From NCBI RefSeq assembly GCF_009914755.1, contig NC_060941.1: a DNA stretch of 64,000 nt; one strand, 5' to 3'. The translations under genes and the position numbers were made by a program. Positions within the stretch are counted from its first letter, which is position 1. Each line of letters begins with the position of its first letter. The notes under the pieces were generated by a model that made no database searches, was not told where the DNA came from, and worked only from the letters and a program-made list of their open reading frames with translations. Of this stretch, positions 56,982 through 64,000 are shown in pieces. The stretch is from the human T2T-CHM13v2.0 reference genome, Homo sapiens.

Positions 56982-57790
56982 AACACACACACACACCAAC
57001 ACACAGACACACACACCAACAGACACACCAACACACAGACACACGCAATACAGACACACACAACACAGACACACACCAACACACAGACACACATAACACA
57101 GACACACACCAACACAGACACACACCAATACAGACACACACAACACAGACACACACCAACACACAGACACACCAACACACAGATACAAACACAGACACAC
57201 CAACACACACACACCAACACACAGACACACAACACACATACCAACACAGACACACCAACAGACACACACCAACACACAGACACACACAACAGACACACAC
57301 CAACACACACAACACACACACCAACACAAACACACACCAACACCAGACACACCAACACACAGACACACACAACACAGACATGCACAACACAGACACATAC
57401 CAACACCAGACACACCAACACAGACACACATAACACACACACCAACACACACACACAACACACACCAACACAGACATACACCAGTACCAGACACACCAAC
57501 ACACAGACACACATAACGGAGATACACATCAACACCAGACATACAAACACAGACACACACAACACAGACCCACACCAATACCAGACACACCAACACAAAC
57601 ACACACAACAAAGACACTTAGGTACAAACACACACACCAACACACAGACACACATACACCAGCACAGAGATACACACCAAGACATTCATACAACACAGAC
57701 ACACACGCACAAAGATACACACAACACACAAAACACACAAACACACAGTCATATCACAAACACGGAGACACATATGCCTACACATGCACA
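56982..57790. repeat. Complex CA-rich tandem array (units such as ACACAGACACACCA)
   Basis: About 800 bp made almost entirely of C and A on the + strand. Confidence 0.95.
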
Positions 57791-58568
57791 GACACGCATG
57801 CTAACGCCTTCCAATATGGCAGCCAAGGGGCTCTTGCTGTGGTCAGGGAAGAGGGGGAGGGAGCCTGGCCATCCACCGTGGGGAGGACATGCAGCGCGCA
57901 TCGTGAGGACTCCAGACCCCTGAGGGTGGTAGCAGCAGGAGGGCAACAGAGGATCCTAGAGTTGCTGCACCTGGGGGCAGATCCAGTTGTTACAGGGCCT
58001 GAGCATTCTACAGCTGGTGGGGAAACCCTCTTTGTGCCCTGCACAAGTGGTAAGCACTTAGAAGACATCCCTGAAGGAGGGAGAGAAAGGGAGGGAGAGG
58101 GAGGGAAAGGGAGGGGGAGGGAGGGCAGAGCCTACCAGGAAGCCTGGAGGAAGCCTGCGACCTGGGACCCAGGTCAGCTCCCTGACCCAGGCCAGTGGGT
58201 GAACTGACAAGTGACAGAGTCTGGATTTGAACCCAGGGACTCGGCTGCCCATGTTCTTAACCTGCGTCACCTATCTGCCTCTCTCATACTGACTCAATGT
58301 AGCTCAAACAAGTGTAAAGCAAGAGCTTCCAGCACAAACAGTGGGCTTCGGGCTCAGGCCTCCAGAAACACTGCCTGGGGTGGGAGCCTGGGCGCTGGGC
58401 CAGCTTCCACCCAGATGGGGAGAAGGGAAGGGCTGCCTCATCTGCAGAAACGAGTCTCTTCTGTTCTCTTCTCCCCACCCCTATCTACACCAAGGTGCAT
58501 TCATGGATCGCAAGGTTTCTTACTAATTTTTTGTTTCATTCACTGGTGTCTTTTATTCCTTGTTCTAA

Positions 58569-58903
<335 letters not shown>

Positions 58904-59509
58904 TAATTATTTTTAAATAAGTGACTTGATTATTATTGTTTTGTAAAAATCCTCTTAGTCACCTTTGTCCCTATAGGTTTCTATAGGTGCTTAATAATTT
59001 TTTAAAGGTATTTACCAGTTCTGGCTAAACATTCCTTTGGTCCTGAGCTCTGTGGAGAGGTAATGCATCTGTGGGAACATCATCACCCTCATCCCCAACC
59101 CATCACCCCCAGGGGATGGGGGGGAACGGGGGTATATTTTGTGTGTGTGTGTTTTGCTTAAGTAGAGTGGTCAGCCCTGGGTGTACAATAGAATCACCTG
59201 GCTGTCATTATAGACATACCTGAGCTCAAGCCCTCTGCAGACAAAGTAAATCAGAATCCTAGGAATGGGACGAGCTTGTTGGCAAGGGTTGGGCATCAGT
59301 ACGTTTTACAAAGTCCTGAGGGGATTGGGTGACCAGGATTGGGATCCACTTAAGGGAAGTAATGCTGGGGACTCTGGGGACCCTTTAATGGCAGGATTAT
59401 TCTTTGATGAAGGACCTGACCTTCTCCTGGAAGTTGAGTGTGAGCCTTTTCACTTTCACCCTCGACTTCCCTCTCTGGGGACACCCAGTGTTCTGGCCCA
59501 GACTGTTAC

Positions 59510-59660
59510 CTGAGAAGTTTCTGTGATTCCCCATCCTTCCTGCACTATCTTGGCTGTTCCCCTGCCCGGCGTTTATATTTTGTCTCCAGCTGTCCCCTGT
59601 GCTCTCAATCCCACTTCTCTTTGGCTCTCTCTTTGCTGCAGCTAACCATCCTCTTGCCCC
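59510..59660 (-). other. CDRT4: Probable CDRT4 non-coding first exon (5' end approximate)
   Basis: Donor CAG|GTAACA at 59510 in unique purine-rich sequence; the distance to the poly(A) site fits my recollection of a ~31.6-kb gene span. Confidence 0.5.
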
Positions 59661-62600
59661 TGCCCCAAAGTGACCCATGAGCCAGAAGTCAGGAGTGAAG
59701 GGGGGCACTGTGACATCAGAAGTTGCCATGCACCCCCTCCTGAATCTTCTGCCCTGCTCTCTTCCTCCTCTGCAGGCTCAGCGGTCACCAGCAATGCAGT
59801 CCTCAAACACGGACATTAGAGTGATTATTCCCACCCCCAAGAGTGAACACCTACTATGTGCTGGACCCTAGACCAAACACATACACACATAAAGATACAC
59901 AACACACACACATGCACACACACACACCCCAACATGCATGACCTCATTTGAGATCTCTGATCATTTCAACAAGCAGTTACTCTGGCCCAGACGCAGCCAA
60001 CTACAGAGATAGACAAGACCTGTGGTCTCTTTCCTTAGTGCCAGAATCTCCTAGAAGGTCTATTAAGACAGATTGCTGGGTCCCACTCCCAGGGTCTCTG
60101 ATTCAGTATATGTGGGGTGGGGCCCAAGAACTTGCCTTTCTAACAAGCTCTCAGCCTTCTTCTGAAATAAAATCCTCTTTAGATAAGCTGGAGAGAGAAT
60201 GGCTGTCACTAACAGGCTGTTGAGAATTAGCCTCCTTCTCCCCAACTCCATTGACCGGCCAGTGCTTGGCAATGGAGAGAGTGAGCAGCTTCTAACCTCC
60301 CCTGTGGCCCCAACCGTGAAAAAGTCCCCAAGATGCCAGGAGGACACAGTGCAGAGCAGGCTGTAAAGTCTGGCAGTTTAATTGCAGTCATCAACTCGGG
60401 GCAGCACCAGGAGACAGGCTGGACTTGCTCTCCCTGTGTTATCATCATGCCCTGTTGACAATCCTTTGAAATGTCTCTCCCTGTGTCTGTTCCTTCTGCT
60501 CCTCTCCACTCCCCCACCACCTCTCCAATCCCAGAGTTCAACCTGTCCAGCCAGGAATGTAAAGTCCCCTCACTTCTCTGCAACCACAGCAAGCACTTGA
60601 GCTTCCTCCAAATCATACTGACTCAATCATATATTTCCCACGATCTCCTTTTCTTCATAGTTCTCTATAATCTTCAGAGAGAGGTGCATTCTAGAAAAAG
60701 GCCAGGCAGAAAACACCTGTGTTTCAGCCTCAGTTTTATCATTTAGTTGTAAGAAAACATACATCAAGTGGATCCCCAACAAAAATCTACCTCTCCTCAC
60801 TGCCCACGAGTCAGTACCTAGAGCCTCAGGCAGAGCCCTCATTGCTGCGGTTCTCAAAAAGCCTTTCTCTATCCTCCCCTCTCTCCAGGCTCTAGTTCCT
60901 CTTCAACTCCAGCCCTAAACTCCCTGAATTCATTCTCGCTCTGGAGCTCCCGTGTCAGCGGAGCCATGCCTTCAACCTTTCCATGGGCCCCTATTTTGTG
61001 GCTCAGTGTCCCTGAGCCCTGAGTATCTCCATTCAGTTCTTCAAACAAGTTCTAGACAAGGGAAGGATCTGAGCAAAGTCACGGAGGTGCGGGACAGCCT
61101 GGGCGTCTGGAAATGCTACGGGAAATGCACAGGTGAGGGGGATGGGGGGGAGTTGGGGTGGGCCAGTCTGACAAGGTTCTGCTCTCTCTCCCAGCAAGTC
61201 TGGGGAAGACAGTGGACATCTTTGAGTGCACAGGCCAGGTGTGAAGTGTAGCGGATGAGCAGGGGACCTCCCCTGTGGTTCCACAAGAACCTCCAAAGAC
61301 TCACCCCAGAAGTCTTCTGCAGCTTGAAGTGACTCTCTGAGCTGCTTATACCTAGCGCTGATGTGCAATGGGCCAGGGCCCGGCAGGGAGCCAGACCCTC
61401 GGACTCGAGAAAGCCATTTGAGAGTGACATCAGCCCACCACCTGCTAGTGCGCACTCACAGTGTTTCCGGAAGCCATGATGCTAATCATGTCTGTTTCTG
61501 TGTTGTCCATGGCAAGACTCCAAGCCCAGAAAAGAAAATCTGTAGCCCAAGTTATTTTCCTCCCACAGGGCTTGCCTGGCCTTTGATTGTTGGCTTTGGG
61601 GAGGTGCATTTCTCCCTCCTCTGTGGGCAGCAAATTCCCCGTGAGTCAACAGATCCTGTATCTGGGCTCACCATGGGCTTCTACTGGCACTGAGAAGGGG
61701 CAAGCTGAGCAAACATGCAATGTGACCCCAGTGCTGACCAACCCAGAGATGCCCCATGGGACTCAGGGACTTGACCTCAGTGCTTCTGGGGTCCCTCAGT
61801 GTATCTTGCTGGCCTCAGCACTGGGCTGCTTGGTAACCTCCCCACAGGCAGGTACTAAGTGCAGCCAGCCCCTTCATTCAAGGCAGAATGAATTAAAAAG
61901 CTGGGGTTCCAGAGTTGGCTCCAGGTCACCCATGCACACACCCCATGCCAGGTACTGCTCTCAACTCTTCACACACTAGCTTATTCTGGGCTCAAAACTC
62001 CCAGGAATACCTTCGAGGCAGTTTCCACTACTCTAATCCCCATTTTACAAAGTGATGAAACTGAGGCACACAGTTCAGTAAGTTGCCCACGGATACACAA
62101 TTCATAAGTAGAAAAATCAAAGTGCAAATTCCAGAACGTACACCACTAAGAAGGGGCCACGAGGCAGCTCTCCCCACCTGAGAATCCCCCTGAAATCCAT
62201 GGTGAGCCTGCCCAGAGCCCCCACCCCTACCCAACTTACATTGGCTGCTCTTCCTTTTGCCCCAGAACCCCAAATAACTGGCCAAATGGACTCAGGTGTA
62301 TCCCTTTGGCCTCCACGCTCAAGTTTTATATGAAAAAATAAAAAAACACAGAAAAAACTCAATGCTAGTTAGGTCAGTTTATTAACTCTCCCTCTTGGTC
62401 CCCAAATTGCCTTTCAGGGTGTTGAGCAGCTGCACACATCACCCCTTCCTCATGAGGTCCCCTTGGCCCTTTACCTCCAGCTGAGTAAGTCAAAGGAGGA
62501 CATATGATCAAACCAGGTAGTCCACCGGCTGACCTCTGACCTACAGCCTAGAACAAAAAAGAGGACCTGGGCCAATCCAATTATCTCTCAGGAACGCAAA

Positions 62601-63635
62601 AGGAGGTAGGAAACGAACAGGCAATTGGCCTCAGAAGCCAAAGCACAGAGGATGCTCTGAGGAACACAAAGGCCACGAGAGGTCTTGACAAACCAAACTT
62701 CGATGCAAATTGGTCTATAAACTTCTTAAGTCTCTTTGCCTGTACAGTTTGCCCCTCCCTCTCCAATAATGTGTCCTTATCTGCAGAAGGAACTGAGTTT
62801 CCCATGGTCTGGACTGAACTGATTACATCTTCATAGTGTCCTTTAGCAAGCACCTCTGCCCCCTATAAAGCAGCTGTCATATCTAGAGCCTTGATCAGCT
62901 CTAGGTTTGCTTTCCATAAATGATGGTGTAAATATTTGGAGGTACAGAATACAGGGCTGTCTCTCCTTTTGCGGTGTTAGCAGCTATTAATGATTTATTG
63001 ACTAGAAACACTATTTAATTAACAGTTGCAGATTGGTAATATTCTCAAGCTATCATTTCTTTTTCATTTTTTATTTGGAACACCTCTAAAGGAGACACTT
63101 CTCATCAACTGTTTGATTTCCTTGCAGTTTATGAGAAAGGCAACACAAATGTTGAATATTTTCTCCTTTATTGGCAGGTTTTCAAAAGAATATATTGGAT
63201 ATTCGCAAACTCCAAAAGTAGCTAAAGTTACTGAGGATTTTTGTAGTGAACTGGTTTAATGCAGCTATTGGATTTTCTGCCACTCACAACTAAATTTAAT
63301 CCTAGCTGATACAACACAGGTAAAGGAGGAAAAGAGGCAAAATGCAATGCAATCTTTTCTCCACTGAACTAGGTGTTCCTTGAACACAGTTTATATCCCA
63401 GTCACTCTCACATCTCCAGAGCCTACAGGGATATCCAGCTTATAGTATATGCTCGATAAACATTTTCTGAATTAAAGACAAGAACACAACCATTTAGACC
63501 TATCAAAATGAATGAAAATGGATTATATGAGCCTTTACTAGAACTTGTAGGTATTGGCGAGAAATGCTAATTCTACCAGATGGCTGAAAGCCCAGGCAGG
63601 AGAATGGACACCTCAAATAGTAATATAATGGTATA

Positions 63636-63971
<336 letters not shown>

Positions 63972-64000
63972 TTATAATGTCAAGAATCTGGAAACAATCT

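Noticed and set aside
56606-57744. Long Thr/His-rich and Cys/Val-rich ORFs (up to 275 aa), or a CRISPR-like array
   Set aside because: Artefacts of the stop-poor CA/TG array; there is no repeat-spacer structure
60800-61700. Possible location of another CDRT non-coding transcript recalled near the CDRT4 5' end
   Set aside because: Nothing in the sequence lets me place or confirm it

Overview
Human genomic DNA from 17p12 (CMT1A/HNPP interval), identified by the CDRT4 coding sequence. The minus strand carries CDRT4: two coding exons (32259-32289 and 29824-30251) giving a 152-aa protein, two probable non-coding 5' exons (~59510-59660 and 45054-45135) and a poly(A) signal at 28086-28091. These exons are probably shared with the TVP23C-CDRT4 readthrough transcript. 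The window also holds a processed RPL9 pseudogene, a 7SL retrocopy, about 18 Alus, several L1, L2, MIR, MaLR-LTR and MER5 fragments, and simple repeats. I found no new multi-gene system, and most listed ORFs are chance or repeat-derived. The most unusual signals read from the sequence are: a three-part inverted L1 insertion; a 29-nt insertion in an Alu copied from a nearby CA-rich array; an old ~200-bp local duplication lodged inside a MER5A; a chain of uORFs in the CDRT4 leader; and candidate enhancers, including a possible PMP22 distal enhancer. Repeat subfamily calls and boundaries were made by eye and are approximate.
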